A stretch of DNA of 51,506 bases from an uncultured delta proteobacterium (GTDB taxonomy: Bacteria; Desulfobacterota; Binatia; UBA9968), in contig CAVWLW010000062.1 in the NCBI GenBank assembly GCA_963755715.1, positions 1 to 51,506 of the forward strand, read 5' to 3'. Below, in pieces: positions 29,278 through 39,753 of this stretch. A model generated the notes under the pieces. It saw only the letters and a list, made by a program, of their open reading frames with translations, did not search any database and was not told the origin of the DNA. The position numbers were made by a program, and so were the translations under genes. How positions within the stretch are numbered: the first letter of the stretch is position 1; each line of letters begins with the position of its first letter.

Positions 29278-30243
29278 CTAGCGCGCTTTGATTCCTAACT
29301 CCGCCTGCGCTTCGTGAAGAAACGTCAAATCCACGACTTCGTTGGGCATGATTTCGCGTATGACTTTGGCGTTGCGCCGGGCTTGCTCGATAACAAGTTT
29401 CAATCCGTCTTCCGGCACGGCACCGTCGGCGTTGAAAAGATTTCTCAGCGCGTCGTAGGACGCATAGGCGAATTCGCGCTCGACCTTGCCCCAGGCGATC
29501 AGCGCGCGCACGGCTTCGTCGCGATTGTCTCGGATGAAGCGATTGGCGCGGATGGTCGCTTTGATCACGCGGCGAATTTCGTCTGGCTTCTCTTTGATTT
29601 TTCGCGTGTGGGTGCCGAGCCCGAGATAAGGAAAACTGAAGAGTTCGTAGGCCCGCGCCAAGATGCGATAGCCCTGCTTTTCCATCTGAGTGTCGGCCGG
29701 CGGGGAGATGACGACCACATCGACGACGCGCTGTTTCAATGCCATGAGGCGCGCGGCGTCGGATCCCAGAGCGAGAATCTTAATTTCTTTATCGGCATCG
29801 ATGCCGGCTTGTTTGATCATCATGCGCGCGGCGACGTCCGGTGTGGCGCCGAAGCTGCTGATGCCCAAGGTTTTGCCCTTGAGGTCTTTCAGTGCTTTGA
29901 GCTCCGGCTGAGCGATCAGCGTCATCGGCCAGTTATCGAGAAAGCCGGCGACGATTCGTACCGGCAAGCCGGCAATCGCGCCGCCGACGACGGCGCCGAA
30001 CAGTTGACAGTAGTCGACGTCTCCTGTCGCCAGGGCGGTGATCGCGACGTTGGGATTCATCCGAATGATCTCGGCTTCGAGAGCCTCGTCTTTGAACAAC
30101 CCGTTTTTTTGCGCCATCGCGACCGTCAAGTTCGGCATGTTCGGATTGGACACCGCGACGCGAATCCGGTCCAGCGCCATCGCCGGCGCGCCGAGGAAGA
30201 TCACGATGGCGATTAGGATTGGTAATTTGGCGATGGCTTTCAA
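29278..30243 (-). CDS. ABC substrate-binding protein, SsuA/THI5 type
   Basis: Signal peptide; GLFKDEAL, DLKGKTLGISSFG. Confidence 0.85.
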   Translation of the reverse strand: MKAIAKLPILIAIVIFLGAPAMALDRIRVAVSNPNMPNLTVAMAQKNGLFKDEALEAEIIRMNPNVAITALATGDVDYCQLFGAVVGGAIAGLPVRIVAGFLDNWPMTLIAQPELKALKDLKGKTLGISSFGATPDVAARMMIKQAGIDADKEIKILALGSDAARLMALKQRVVDVVVISPPADTQMEKQGYRILARAYELFSFPYLGLGTHTRKIKEKPDEIRRVIKATIRANRFIRDNRDEAVRALIAWGKVEREFAYASYDALRNLFNADGAVPEDGLKLVIEQARRNAKVIREIMPNEVVDLTFLHEAQAELGIKAR

Positions 30244-30248
30244 ATCGT

Positions 30249-30668
30249 CTAGCGCTCCTGCAGCACGGTAAAGCCGCTATAGCCGCGGATCTTGTCGATG
30301 CGCACGAGCACGCCGTAACCTTTGCGTTCGGGATCTTTGTCGAGCTCCGCTTTGACCGTGCGCTTCAAAATGTTTTGCCGTAGGTCGCCCTCTTTGTAGA
30401 CCGAGGCCTTGCCGTAGAAACGCCAGCCGATGCGGCCGGGGCCGTCATAGTAGAGCATGCAGACGTTGGGATTTTTTTCCAGATTGGTCGTGCTCTGGCC
30501 AAGGGAACGGTCCCAGAAGGCAATATGCTCGTCGTCGTAAACGAACGTGCTGCCGCGAAAGCTCACGTCAGGGTAGCCCTCGTCTGACGTGGTGACCCAA
30601 ACGCAATATTTCTTTTCCTGGAAGGCCTTATCGACCCGTTCTTTCATCTCGTCGGTGAGCTTGATCAT
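30249..30668 (-). CDS. Pyridoxamine 5'-phosphate oxidase-like FMN-binding split-barrel protein
   Basis: TTSDEGYPDVSFRGS, NLEKNPNV, RFYGKA. Confidence 0.8.
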   Translation of the reverse strand: MIKLTDEMKERVDKAFQEKKYCVWVTTSDEGYPDVSFRGSTFVYDDEHIAFWDRSLGQSTTNLEKNPNVCMLYYDGPGRIGWRFYGKASVYKEGDLRQNILKRTVKAELDKDPERKGYGVLVRIDKIRGYSGFTVLQER

Positions 30669-30708
30669 GCCTGCTCCTTATCTTTGTTCGGAGGTAAGTT
30701 TGTAGCGC

Positions 30709-31599
30709 TTATTCGAAGCCGTACAAACGCGCCGGGTTGTCGACGAGAAGTTTTTTCCTCGTCACTTCGTCCGGCGCGAACGCGGCTAACAAATCGAGCA
30801 AATCACCGTCATTGGGCGTATGGCCCGGCGCGAAATTATTCGAGTGGGGCCAGTCGGTGCCCCAGATGATCCGATCCGGCGCCGCCGCGATAACGGCCTG
30901 GGCATAGGGAATCACCTCGACGAAGGGCAGGCCGAAATAATCCCGCACCCGCGTGTTGCAAATTTTATCCGCGCCGCTGACTTTTACCCAGACGTGCTTG
31001 AGCTTGATTAAATCGAGCAGCAGTTGAAATCCCCGCTGGTTCGGTCCTTCAGCCGGTTTCACGCGCGCGATGTGATCGATGACCACGGGCAGCGGCAGGT
31101 GGCGAATGCGGTCTTCCTGGTCGAGCAAATTTTTCATGTCGATATGAAGATCGACCGACCAACCCAGTTCAACGATGTTCTCGACGCAGCGGTCGAGCAC
31201 GTCGAGCTTCACATTGCCGCGCGGCCGATCGAGGAGGTTGAAGCGCACGCCGCGAATGCCGCCGTCGTGGAGCCGCCGTAATTCGTCTTTCGGCGTCGTG
31301 TCATCAATCCGTCCGACGCCGCGAAATTTGCCGCCGGAGCTTTTGATCGCATCGAGGGTCGCCGAATTATCCAAACCGTGCACGCTCGGCTGCACCACGA
31401 CGGCGCGTTCGATGCCGATGACCGCGAGCATTTTTTGATAGTGCTCCAAGGGAGCGGCGGGCGGCGTGTATTCATGGGTCGAGACAAACGGAAATTTTTC
31501 CGGCGGACCGAAGACGTGGAAGTGCGTGTCGCACGATTTAGCGGGCGGCGTAAATTTCGGCTTGCGCGTGTTGGGGTCGGGCGGATAGCAGTACGGCAT
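30709..31599 (-). CDS. Amidohydrolase, 2-pyrone-4,6-dicarboxylate lactonase (LigI)-like
   Basis: CDTHFHVFGP, VVQPSVHG.DN, GIRGVRFN, IDHIAR, WGTDWPH, PNDG.L. Confidence 0.8.
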   Translation of the reverse strand: MPYCYPPDPNTRKPKFTPPAKSCDTHFHVFGPPEKFPFVSTHEYTPPAAPLEHYQKMLAVIGIERAVVVQPSVHGLDNSATLDAIKSSGGKFRGVGRIDDTTPKDELRRLHDGGIRGVRFNLLDRPRGNVKLDVLDRCVENIVELGWSVDLHIDMKNLLDQEDRIRHLPLPVVIDHIARVKPAEGPNQRGFQLLLDLIKLKHVWVKVSGADKICNTRVRDYFGLPFVEVIPYAQAVIAAAPDRIIWGTDWPHSNNFAPGHTPNDGDLLDLLAAFAPDEVTRKKLLVDNPARLYGFE

Positions 31600-31760
31600 T
31601 GCTGGTTCTCCAGAATCTTTTAGCCTAGAGCAGAGCCGCTGTCCAACTGTTCGAAGCTGCCGCGCTGGACAAAAGCTCGCCTTGATTGTCGTTCATGCTC
31701 GGGGTAAAAGTGGGCGAATCGCGGCGATCTTGGTTAAATGGCCGAGAAAGGAATCCACAT

Positions 31761-32636
31761 ATGGGCAAATTCCGCATTCAGTCGCATGGACGTTTGCAGG
31801 AGTGGGTCGCTGAAGAAAAAGGCTACTTCAAGGACGAAGGGTTGGACTACGAATTTATCGTCAAGCCGATCATTACCTGGGCGGCGGGCGTAGAAAACGT
31901 CCAGTCAAGCCCCGGCGATATTCAGCGCGGCGCGTTCGAATCGTTCGAAGAGGGGCGCGGCTGTAACGTGAGCGCGGCCTGCCACTGGACGGTCAACATG
32001 GCGGCTTCCGCCGATCACGGCAAGATGTGGGGGCGCGCCTATTCGGTTTCGCCGTCGGCAATATTCGTCGCACCGGACTCGCCGATCGACAAACCCGGGG
32101 ATCTCGCCAACGTGCCCGTGACCGTGGGCTATCATTCGGGCAGCCATTATTCGACTTTGCAGGGGCTCGAAGCGTTTCTCAAACGCGCGGAAATCAAGTT
32201 GCACTTCGGCGGCCTGCTGCTCGACCGCCTGGCGTTGCTCGTTGACCGCCAGGTGCCGGCGGCGAGCCTGTTCGGCGCGCCGTTTTACGTCGCCGAACAA
32301 TTAGGTTTCAAAAAAATTCTCGACACGACATTCATGATCGGCCATTTGCTCACCGAGCACGCCGATCTCAAAGCCGTCGAGCGCTATTTCGAAGCGTTGC
32401 GCCGCGCCCAGCATGACATCGATCTCGAGCCGGAAGCTTACAAGCATTACTTTCTGAGAGAGCTTCCCGAACGCTATCACGCTGTCGATATTCGACGCTT
32501 TGGTCCCGGCGAGCGCATCGTCTTTGAGCCTTATCCGCAGGCGGCGTTTGAGCGCACGCGCCGATGGATCGAATCGTGGGATCTCTTTCCGCCGGAACAG
32601 AAAGGCCGCGCGGGCTACGACACGGCGGTTGTTTAG
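31761..32636 (+). CDS. Periplasmic-binding-protein fold protein lacking a signal peptide
   Basis: WVAEEKGYFKDEGL, DLANVPVTVGYHSGSH; no hydrophobic N-terminus from the RBS-supported ATG at 31761. Confidence 0.75.
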   Translation: MGKFRIQSHGRLQEWVAEEKGYFKDEGLDYEFIVKPIITWAAGVENVQSSPGDIQRGAFESFEEGRGCNVSAACHWTVNMAASADHGKMWGRAYSVSPSAIFVAPDSPIDKPGDLANVPVTVGYHSGSHYSTLQGLEAFLKRAEIKLHFGGLLLDRLALLVDRQVPAASLFGAPFYVAEQLGFKKILDTTFMIGHLLTEHADLKAVERYFEALRRAQHDIDLEPEAYKHYFLRELPERYHAVDIRRFGPGERIVFEPYPQAAFERTRRWIESWDLFPPEQKGRAGYDTAVV

Positions 32637-32712
32637 TTTGCATCGCGCATGGATATCTAAACAATCTTTCCGTTTAGTAATCGTCCGACGGTGTCAACCC
32701 GATTAAGCGATT

Positions 32713-34467
32713 CTAATCTCCATACTCCCGATACAAATCCTCGATTTCCTGCTTTACCTGACTGATTTTCTTGGCCAGGTCGTTGATTTGAGCGAGATTA
32801 TTACGATTCGCTTCGATCTCGAGTTGCTCGTGGTATTTCTTTAGCGCGGTTTCACTTTTCAAAATCTGCGCTTCGAGCTTTTCGATTCTGGCTTTTTCTC
32901 TGCGTTGCGCTTTCTCGCGTTCTTTTTTCTCATTGTAATTATGCCGCGACGTGGGCTTCTTCTTTGCGCCGTTGTTATCGCTTTCGTCCTCCCAGCCGAT
33001 CTTTTCCAGAAACTCGTCATAATCGGAATCGAAGACCTCTACTTTGCCGCGGTGAAAGACGATCAGCTTCGTCGCCAGAGCGCGAAGAATCCGTTCGTTG
33101 TGGGTGACGATCAACAAAGCCCCGGGGAAGTCTTGCAGGCTCTCGATCAGGGCGTCGATGGATTCCATGTCGAGGTGGTTGTTCGGTTCATCCAATAAAA
33201 GCAGGTTGGACGGATGAGCCAGGATCTTGCCCAAGAGGGTTCGGCTTTTTTCGCCACCCGACAACACGGAAACTTTCTTTAATGCCAAATCGCCGCCGAA
33301 CATCATCGTGCCGCAAATATTTCGCACCTGCGTGCGCGTCAGCGCCGCATTGGTCTGTTCGATTTCCTGTTCGATGGTCAGCTTGGGGTTGAGCCGCTGA
33401 ATGTTGGTTTGGCCGAAGTATCCCAGTTTCATGTCGGGGTGAGCTTTAAGCTCGCCCGTCACCGGTTTAAGGCCGCCGGACAATACATTCAACAACGTCG
33501 ATTTGCCCTTGCCGTTGTTGCCGATCACGCCGAATCTGTCGCGCGCGTTGATGGTCAGGTTGATATGCCGAAACAAAAGATGGTCGGGCGTGTAGCCGAA
33601 TGAAATATTGCGCGCTTCGAGCAAGGTCTTGGCGGCAAAGGCGGCGTGTCTGAATTCGAAATCCAAAGACTCGATCTCGGCCAGCTCATCGAGCTTGGGG
33701 AGTTTCTCGAGCATCTTGATGCGCGACTGAACCATTTTGGCTTTGGAAGCCTGGGCGCGAAACCGATTGATAAAAGCCTCGGCATGGGACCGTTTGCGGT
33801 CTTCGTTGGCGCGGGTTTTTTCGTGGATCTCGTCTTCGAGGACGATTTGCGCGTATGCTTTGGCGGTGCCGCCTTCGAATTTGCGAATTTTCTGGCGATG
33901 GATCACCGCCGTGTGCGTCGTGACGCTGTCCATGAAGTCACGATCGTGCGAGATCAAAATCAGCTCGCCTTTAAAATTGGCAAGAAATCTGGCGATCCAA
34001 CGTACCGACGTGATGTCGAGATAGTTGGTCGGTTCGTCGAGCAAGAGGAGATTGGGCTCGGAGAGCAGGAGTTTCGCCAGATTGATACGAATCTGAAAAC
34101 CGCCGGAAAACTCGCGCGGCGGTTTTTCGAGATCGGCGTGGGAAAATCCCAAGCCAAACAAGATGGCTTCAGCCTTATAGATCGAATGGGATTCTTCTTC
34201 CGGCAATCCTAACGCCGCTTCCGCCAAAATCGTTGGTTGAGTAAAGTGTAGATGCTGCTCGAGATGGCCGATGCGATAGTTTCGCGGGATAGTGATCGCT
34301 CCGGAGTCGGGCTCTTCTTGTCCTAAAATGAGCTTCAAGAGGGTGGATTTGCCGTGGCCGTTTCGGCCGACCAAGCCCAAGCGCTCGCCGGCATTCATCT
34401 GCAAAGTAACGTCGGTGAAAAGCTCGCGCGCGAAATACGATTTGGAAAGTTGGTTGATCTTAATCAC
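32713..34467 (-). CDS. ABC-F family ATPase
   Basis: Two NBDs (GRNGHGKS, GNNGKGKS; DEPTNYLD, DEPNNHLD), no TM segments, C-terminal coiled coil. Confidence 0.92.
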   Translation of the reverse strand: MIKINQLSKSYFARELFTDVTLQMNAGERLGLVGRNGHGKSTLLKLILGQEEPDSGAITIPRNYRIGHLEQHLHFTQPTILAEAALGLPEEESHSIYKAEAILFGLGFSHADLEKPPREFSGGFQIRINLAKLLLSEPNLLLLDEPTNYLDITSVRWIARFLANFKGELILISHDRDFMDSVTTHTAVIHRQKIRKFEGGTAKAYAQIVLEDEIHEKTRANEDRKRSHAEAFINRFRAQASKAKMVQSRIKMLEKLPKLDELAEIESLDFEFRHAAFAAKTLLEARNISFGYTPDHLLFRHINLTINARDRFGVIGNNGKGKSTLLNVLSGGLKPVTGELKAHPDMKLGYFGQTNIQRLNPKLTIEQEIEQTNAALTRTQVRNICGTMMFGGDLALKKVSVLSGGEKSRTLLGKILAHPSNLLLLDEPNNHLDMESIDALIESLQDFPGALLIVTHNERILRALATKLIVFHRGKVEVFDSDYDEFLEKIGWEDESDNNGAKKKPTSRHNYNEKKEREKAQRREKARIEKLEAQILKSETALKKYHEQLEIEANRNNLAQINDLAKKISQVKQEIEDLYREYGD

Positions 34468-34606
34468 GATGGCCTTTTTCGCTAGAGGATAAAATCACTT
34501 AACAAGCGGGCGGCTCGGGAATTTAGCTTGGGCACGGTGCCAGGATGTCGCGGTGGGGCATGAGGATAACTCTAGCAGAACATCAGGCATACTTCGAATC
34601 TGCGGA

Positions 34607-34640
34607 AATCCCTCCTAGCCTCCCTTTTACAAAGGGAGGA
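34607..34640. repeat. REP-like element
   Basis: AATCCCTCCTAGCCTCCCTTTTACAAAGGGAGGA containing the hairpin CCTCCCTTT-TAC-AAAGGGAGG. Confidence 0.55.
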
Positions 34641-34970
34641 ACCTGAGTGCTGCTAGTGCAACATTCCCGGCCAATCGCTAGTGCCGAAACAGAAGACCAC
34701 CGGCTGAGGCGGATTATGTTGATCGGGTTAAGGGTGTCCTTTTCGCGGCGCAACGTCTGGCCCGACCAATCACGCCTGACGCCCGTAATCGTATCACCAA
34801 AATTGCGCCTGAAGTCTATTCTGCGATTATGACGATTCCCCTCCTGGAACAATGATTGTAAAACTTGTTATCTTTATTTTTAGTGGCTGCGAAAGGGCCA
34901 GAGTGGGTTCGACGAAGAAAAGTAGTCGGATGCTTAGCGGCAAATGTCAGCTGAGCAGGAAGTCAAAGTA

Positions 34971-36437
34971 ATGTTCAGAGCAGCAATTTCACTTCTACTG
35001 ATCGGCCTGCTGGTTTATGGCTGCGTCACCGATATCGTTCCAGCTACGGGGGAAAGGCGTTATCTCGGCTACACCTGGCAACAGGAAACCGAGATCGGCA
35101 AAAAAGCCAGCAAAGAAGTCACCGCTCTCTTCGGTGCTTACCGCGATCCTAAACTGGAGCACTATGTTAACGATGTTGGTAATCGCGTGCTGGCAACCAG
35201 TCATCTGCGGCGTCCCGGCGCTGACGAGCAAGTTCGCAATACCCCGGTTACGTTCGGGGTCCTCGATAGTCCCATCATCAACGCCATGGCGCTTCCCGGC
35301 GGGTATATCTATGTCACGCGCGGGATGCTTGCCCATCTGAATAACGAGGATCAACTGGCGACCGTGATCGCGCACGAACTCGGCCACGTCGCCGCGCGGC
35401 ACGCGGCGCGCCAAGCGTTTCAGCAACAAATCGGTCAAGGGCTCCTGCTTGGCGGCGCGGTCCTCGGTCAGTCGCTGGGCCTTCCTGCAGATATTCTCAA
35501 TCTCGGCGGCATGGCCGCGCAGCTCATTTTTCTTCGCTACAGCCGCGAAGACGAATTGGAAGCCGACAAATTGGGCGTCGAGTATGCCTTAGCTGCCGGC
35601 TACGACGCGCGCGAGGTGATCACGTTTTTCCAGACGCTCAACCGCATTCAAGAGAAGGAGGGACAAGGGATGCCGAGCTTTCTCTCTACGCATCCCAATC
35701 CCGGCGACCGCATTCAGCGCATCAGGGAGCTGACAGGGCGCTCCATTGACAGACGGCCAATGCCTGCCGATTCGCGCTATTTAAACGCGATCGAGAACCT
35801 CGTGGTCGGCGAGGATCCGCGGCACGGATTCGTCGAGGGCAACGTTTTTTACCACCCGGACTTGCGCTTTCGTTTTCCGGTGCCGCGCGGGTTTAAGCTC
35901 ATCAATCAACCGGCGCAGGTCGTAATGGTCGAAGGGCAGAATCGCGCGATCGTGGGCTTTACTTCGACGGGGGAAAAATCGCCTGAGGCGGCCGCCGCCA
36001 AATTCCTCAACCAGCCGGGCCTGAGAATCATCGAGCGAGGAGCGACACGCTCCGGCGGGTTGCCAGCCTCCCTCGCCGTAGCCGATGCGCAGATGCAAAA
36101 CGGCCAAGTCGTCAGGGTGATGGTTTATTTTGTCGAGTACCGCGGCAGCGTATATCAGTTCGTCGGATATGCTCCGCAGCAGACGTTCGAGACATTTCGC
36201 AGCGCGCTTCTTCAATCGATGCAGGGCTTCGCCGAGCTTCAGGATCCGCGGATCTTGAACCGACAACCGGTCCGGCTGACGCTGCAACCGGTTACGCGAG
36301 CGGCATCATTCCGGGACCTGATTCCCCGGAACTTGCCTGCGCCATTCACGCCGGAAGAAGTCGCGATCTTAAACGCCGTCGAGTTGAATCAGGAAATCGG
36401 CCCTGGAAGAATCCTCAAAATACCGGTCTCGCGTTGA
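34971..36437 (+). CDS. M48 family metalloprotease lipoprotein with C-terminal extension
   Basis: Lipobox VYGC; NAMALPGG, HELGH, YSREDELEAD, FLSTHP. Confidence 0.9.
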   Translation: MFRAAISLLLIGLLVYGCVTDIVPATGERRYLGYTWQQETEIGKKASKEVTALFGAYRDPKLEHYVNDVGNRVLATSHLRRPGADEQVRNTPVTFGVLDSPIINAMALPGGYIYVTRGMLAHLNNEDQLATVIAHELGHVAARHAARQAFQQQIGQGLLLGGAVLGQSLGLPADILNLGGMAAQLIFLRYSREDELEADKLGVEYALAAGYDAREVITFFQTLNRIQEKEGQGMPSFLSTHPNPGDRIQRIRELTGRSIDRRPMPADSRYLNAIENLVVGEDPRHGFVEGNVFYHPDLRFRFPVPRGFKLINQPAQVVMVEGQNRAIVGFTSTGEKSPEAAAAKFLNQPGLRIIERGATRSGGLPASLAVADAQMQNGQVVRVMVYFVEYRGSVYQFVGYAPQQTFETFRSALLQSMQGFAELQDPRILNRQPVRLTLQPVTRAASFRDLIPRNLPAPFTPEEVAILNAVELNQEIGPGRILKIPVSR

Positions 36438-36533
36438 TGGTCAGATCACTGGCTTTGCCTGGAAGATTTCGGGATACCAACGCGGAATCTATTGGACTTG
36501 CAGAGCGACCCCTCGCGGCGGTAGATTTCCGCC

Positions 36534-37371
36534 ATGATCAATAACATTGAATACGAAGTAGACGTGCGCGATGTCGAGTATCAGCGCCTGGCAGGGAAGC
36601 CCTGGCTCGCTCGCATTTATCAACCCAAAGGAACCGGACCGTTTCCGACCATCGTCGACGTGCATGGCGGCGCGTGGCACAACGGCGATCGGACCAATAA
36701 TGAAGGCATCGACCGAACGCTGGCGGCCAAAGGCATCGTGGTCGCTGCACTCGATTTCCGCCAGCCGCCGGAGGCGGGCTATCCTGCTTCGATCTGTGAC
36801 GTAAATCTGGGCGTTCGCTGGCTCAAGGCGCATGCGGCCGACTTCAACGGAACCGACCGTTGTCGGCGCGTTCGGCAATTCCAGCGGCGGCCATCAAGTC
36901 GTGCTCAGCGCGCTGCGGCCGCGCCACGCGGCTTACACCGCGCTGCCGCTGGCGAATCATTCTGAGATCGATGCCAGTCTCGCCTATGTGATCGCCGGCT
37001 GGCCGGTGATCTGCCCGCTCTATCGCTTCCACTTCGCCAAAGAGTTCAACCGCCAAGAACACATCCAGGCGCATGTCGACTACTGGGGCACGGAAGAAGC
37101 GATGGCCGAAGGCAGCCCGCAGACGATTGTCGATGGGGATGAGCCGATCGATTCGCCGCCGATATTATTTTTGCTGAAGGCGAACGACAAGAACCATCCG
37201 CTGGAGATGCAGCAGCGCTTCATCGCGTCCTATCGCAAACGCGGCGGTGTGCTCGAAGATCACACGTTCGAAGGCTTGCCCGAGCACCGCATGGTGCCGT
37301 CACCAAGCCAGCCGGAAACCATGCATTTGATCGATACCATCACGACGTTCATTCGGCGGCAAACCGCCTAA
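36534..37371 (+). CDS. Alpha/beta hydrolase, HSL-like (+1 frameshift near 36857)
   Basis: HGGAW in the first ORF and GNSSGGH in the second; the two halves are contiguous. Confidence 0.8.
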
Positions 37372-37391
37372 CGCTCAATCGTCTCATCGGG

Positions 37392-37450
37392 ACTGGAGCG
37401 TTGGAGTGGTGGAGTGAAGAGCTTAAGATCCCAATACTTCTAACGCTCCA
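37392..37450. repeat. Imperfect palindromic intergenic element
   Basis: TGGAGCGTTGGAGTGGTGG ... CCAATACTTCTAACGCTCCA. Confidence 0.5.
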
Positions 37451-37587
37451 TTTTGTGCTGCGCCTCGCCTCTTGGGAATCTTTTTTAGGGCCTGCAATCA
37501 GAGTTTCGCACGCTGAAATACCTGGTCGCTCCGCATCCCTTACGCTTACGCGGTTAAGCCAAGATTAGTCAGTGTTAACACTGCTGA

Positions 37588-38664
37588 TTAATTCGGAAGC
37601 CGAGCTCTGGAGGATGAGAAAATATCCCATACGGCCATGAACATCGCGGCGATCACCGGCCCGATCACAAAACCGCTGAGACCGAAGATCGCCATGCCGC
37701 CCAGAGTGGCGATCAGAACGACGTAGTCGGGCATTTTGGTGTCCTTGCCGACCAGGATCGGACGGAGCACGTTGTCCACCAGGCCGATGACGAGCACGCT
37801 AAAGGCGATCAGAACGATGCCTTGCCAGGTCGCGCCGGTGACCAGAAAATAAATCGCCACGGGCAGCCAAACCAGGGCGCTACCGACCGCCGGTAGCAGC
37901 GATAGAAAGGCCATCACCACCGCCCACAGCACCGGCGCATGGACGTTCAAAAACCAGAAGGCCAATCCGCCGAGTGCACCTTGCGCGATCGCGACGACGA
38001 CGTTGCCCTTGACCGTGGCGCGGATAACAGTGGTGAAGCTGGTCAAGAGCTCGCGCTTTTGATCGTCGTGCAAAGGAATTGCGGTCCTGATGCGCCCGGC
38101 TAGGTCGTCACCGTCGCGCAGTAGAAAGAACAGCAGGTATAAGACGATGCCTAGGTTGACGATGAAGTCGAACGTGTTCTGACCAATGTTTAGAGCCTTG
38201 GCGGCGACGAACTGACCGCCCTGCACCATGCCCGTAGACAGTTTTTCCTGTAACGCGCCAAGATTTGTCAGGCCAAAGCGATCTATCACGTTGCTTACCC
38301 AGCTCGGTAGCGCTCCAAGCACCTGCTGAAAATACCTGCCGGGATTCAGCTCCCCCGACTGAATCTTCTCGTAGACGCCGAGGCCTTCCTGCACTAACAA
38401 CGCGCCGATCAGCGTTAGCGGCAGGATCACTATGAGCAGGACGATCGTCACGGTTGCGAGCGCAGCCATCGCGCGTCTCTGCTTCATGAAATCGACCAGC
38501 CGCCGATAGAGCGGCGCAAACAAAATCGCCAAAATAGTTCCCCATAAAATCGCACCGAAAAAGGGCCAGAGGATCCACGCGAATGCAAGCGATACGACGA
38601 TTACGAGTAGTAGGAACGTTTTGTCTTCAAGGCCAGGGAAGTTGGCTGAGTTTGGCGATTTCAT
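37588..38664 (-). CDS. AI-2E family transporter
   Basis: FFLLRDG, AQGALGG, DNVLRPILVG, GFVIGP. Confidence 0.9.
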   Translation of the reverse strand: MKSPNSANFPGLEDKTFLLLVIVVSLAFAWILWPFFGAILWGTILAILFAPLYRRLVDFMKQRRAMAALATVTIVLLIVILPLTLIGALLVQEGLGVYEKIQSGELNPGRYFQQVLGALPSWVSNVIDRFGLTNLGALQEKLSTGMVQGGQFVAAKALNIGQNTFDFIVNLGIVLYLLFFLLRDGDDLAGRIRTAIPLHDDQKRELLTSFTTVIRATVKGNVVVAIAQGALGGLAFWFLNVHAPVLWAVVMAFLSLLPAVGSALVWLPVAIYFLVTGATWQGIVLIAFSVLVIGLVDNVLRPILVGKDTKMPDYVVLIATLGGMAIFGLSGFVIGPVIAAMFMAVWDIFSSSRARLPN

Positions 38665-38817
38665 AATTTGTAGAATTGCGTGAGCGTGCTCGCGGCTGCG
38701 GCTGCCTGGCAGGGTTGGAGTGGAGTCAAAGCCAAGCTCGAAATCGTATTATCCAGGCATTAGCATCAGTAGAGCATGGCCTCTGCTCGGGTTCCAACTC
38801 GATCCGAGATAAGATCG

Positions 38818-39753
38818 TCAACTGCGCCGATCAATTTGCTCTAGCCAGGATGTCGGCGCCGTCGGCGTTGCTTTTGGCGCTTCTCCCTGATCTTTGCTCG
38901 GCCGGTGCAGCGGCACATAAAGCACCGAGGGCCGGCCCGTGCCCGCCTGCGGATATAAATCCATTAAGTCGTAAACCATGCGCGGCATGTTCGTCGACAC
39001 TTTCAGTCCGAGTTGCAGTGCGCCGTCGACCATGATCGGAAAATCGTGCGTCCAACGGCCTTCGCTCAAAATGGTTGCGATCTCCGCGGCTTTCTTTTTT
39101 GGATAATGTTTAAGCAGAATATCGGCGACGAACGTAGCGACCTGAACACGCGCTTTCGCCGCCATATCGATGAGAACCAGCATCTCATCGCCTACTTGGC
39201 TGGGCTTTTTGAAGTCGAGAATTTTTACAATCGACGCCGCCGGCATGTCGCCGATCTGGGGGTCGACGGGTCCAAGCACGGCGTTGCTATCCATGACGAT
39301 CTCGTCGGCAGCCAGGGCGATCAAAGTGCCGCCGCTCATAGCGTAGTGCGGCACGAACACCGTGATTTTCCCCTTGTGGTCAACCAACGCTTTGGCGATC
39401 TGCTCGGCTGCGAGAACCAATCCTCCCGGAGTATGAAGAATCAAATCGATGGGTTGATCGTTGGGTGTCGCGCGAATGGCGCGCAATATTTCTTCGGAGT
39501 CTTCGATGTCGATAAAATTGCTGACGGGAACACCCAACACGCTCACGGTTTCTTGACGGTGAATCATGGCGATCACCCGGGATTTCCGCTCGCTCTGAAA
39601 CCTCTCAAGCAGTTTTGTTCTCGCCCGATCCGTCCAATAAGTGCCGCAGGCCTGGGGAATGATAATCAACGCGACGATCACCCAGACTAAAGAATTGACG
39701 ATTCGCAGCGATCGCCGCCACCAGCTGCGCCGAACATCCGCATTCTCCTCCAT
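38818..39753 (-). CDS. SDH-family ClpP-fold serine proteinase (DUF114)
   Basis: IHRQET, LHTPGG, HYAMSGGT, LGPVDPQ, WTHDFPI; N-terminal TM. Confidence 0.88.
   Translation of the reverse strand: MEENADVRRSWWRRSLRIVNSLVWVIVALIIIPQACGTYWTDRARTKLLERFQSERKSRVIAMIHRQETVSVLGVPVSNFIDIEDSEEILRAIRATPNDQPIDLILHTPGGLVLAAEQIAKALVDHKGKITVFVPHYAMSGGTLIALAADEIVMDSNAVLGPVDPQIGDMPAASIVKILDFKKPSQVGDEMLVLIDMAAKARVQVATFVADILLKHYPKKKAAEIATILSEGRWTHDFPIMVDGALQLGLKVSTNMPRMVYDLMDLYPQAGTGRPSVLYVPLHRPSKDQGEAPKATPTAPTSWLEQIDRRS

Noticed and set aside
32713-34467. ATPase partner for the orphan binding proteins
   Set aside because: It has ABC-F architecture (ribosome-associated), not that of an importer ATPase.
34860-34940. 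tRNA-like GGTTCGA motif
   Set aside because: No cloverleaf stems could be formed around it.
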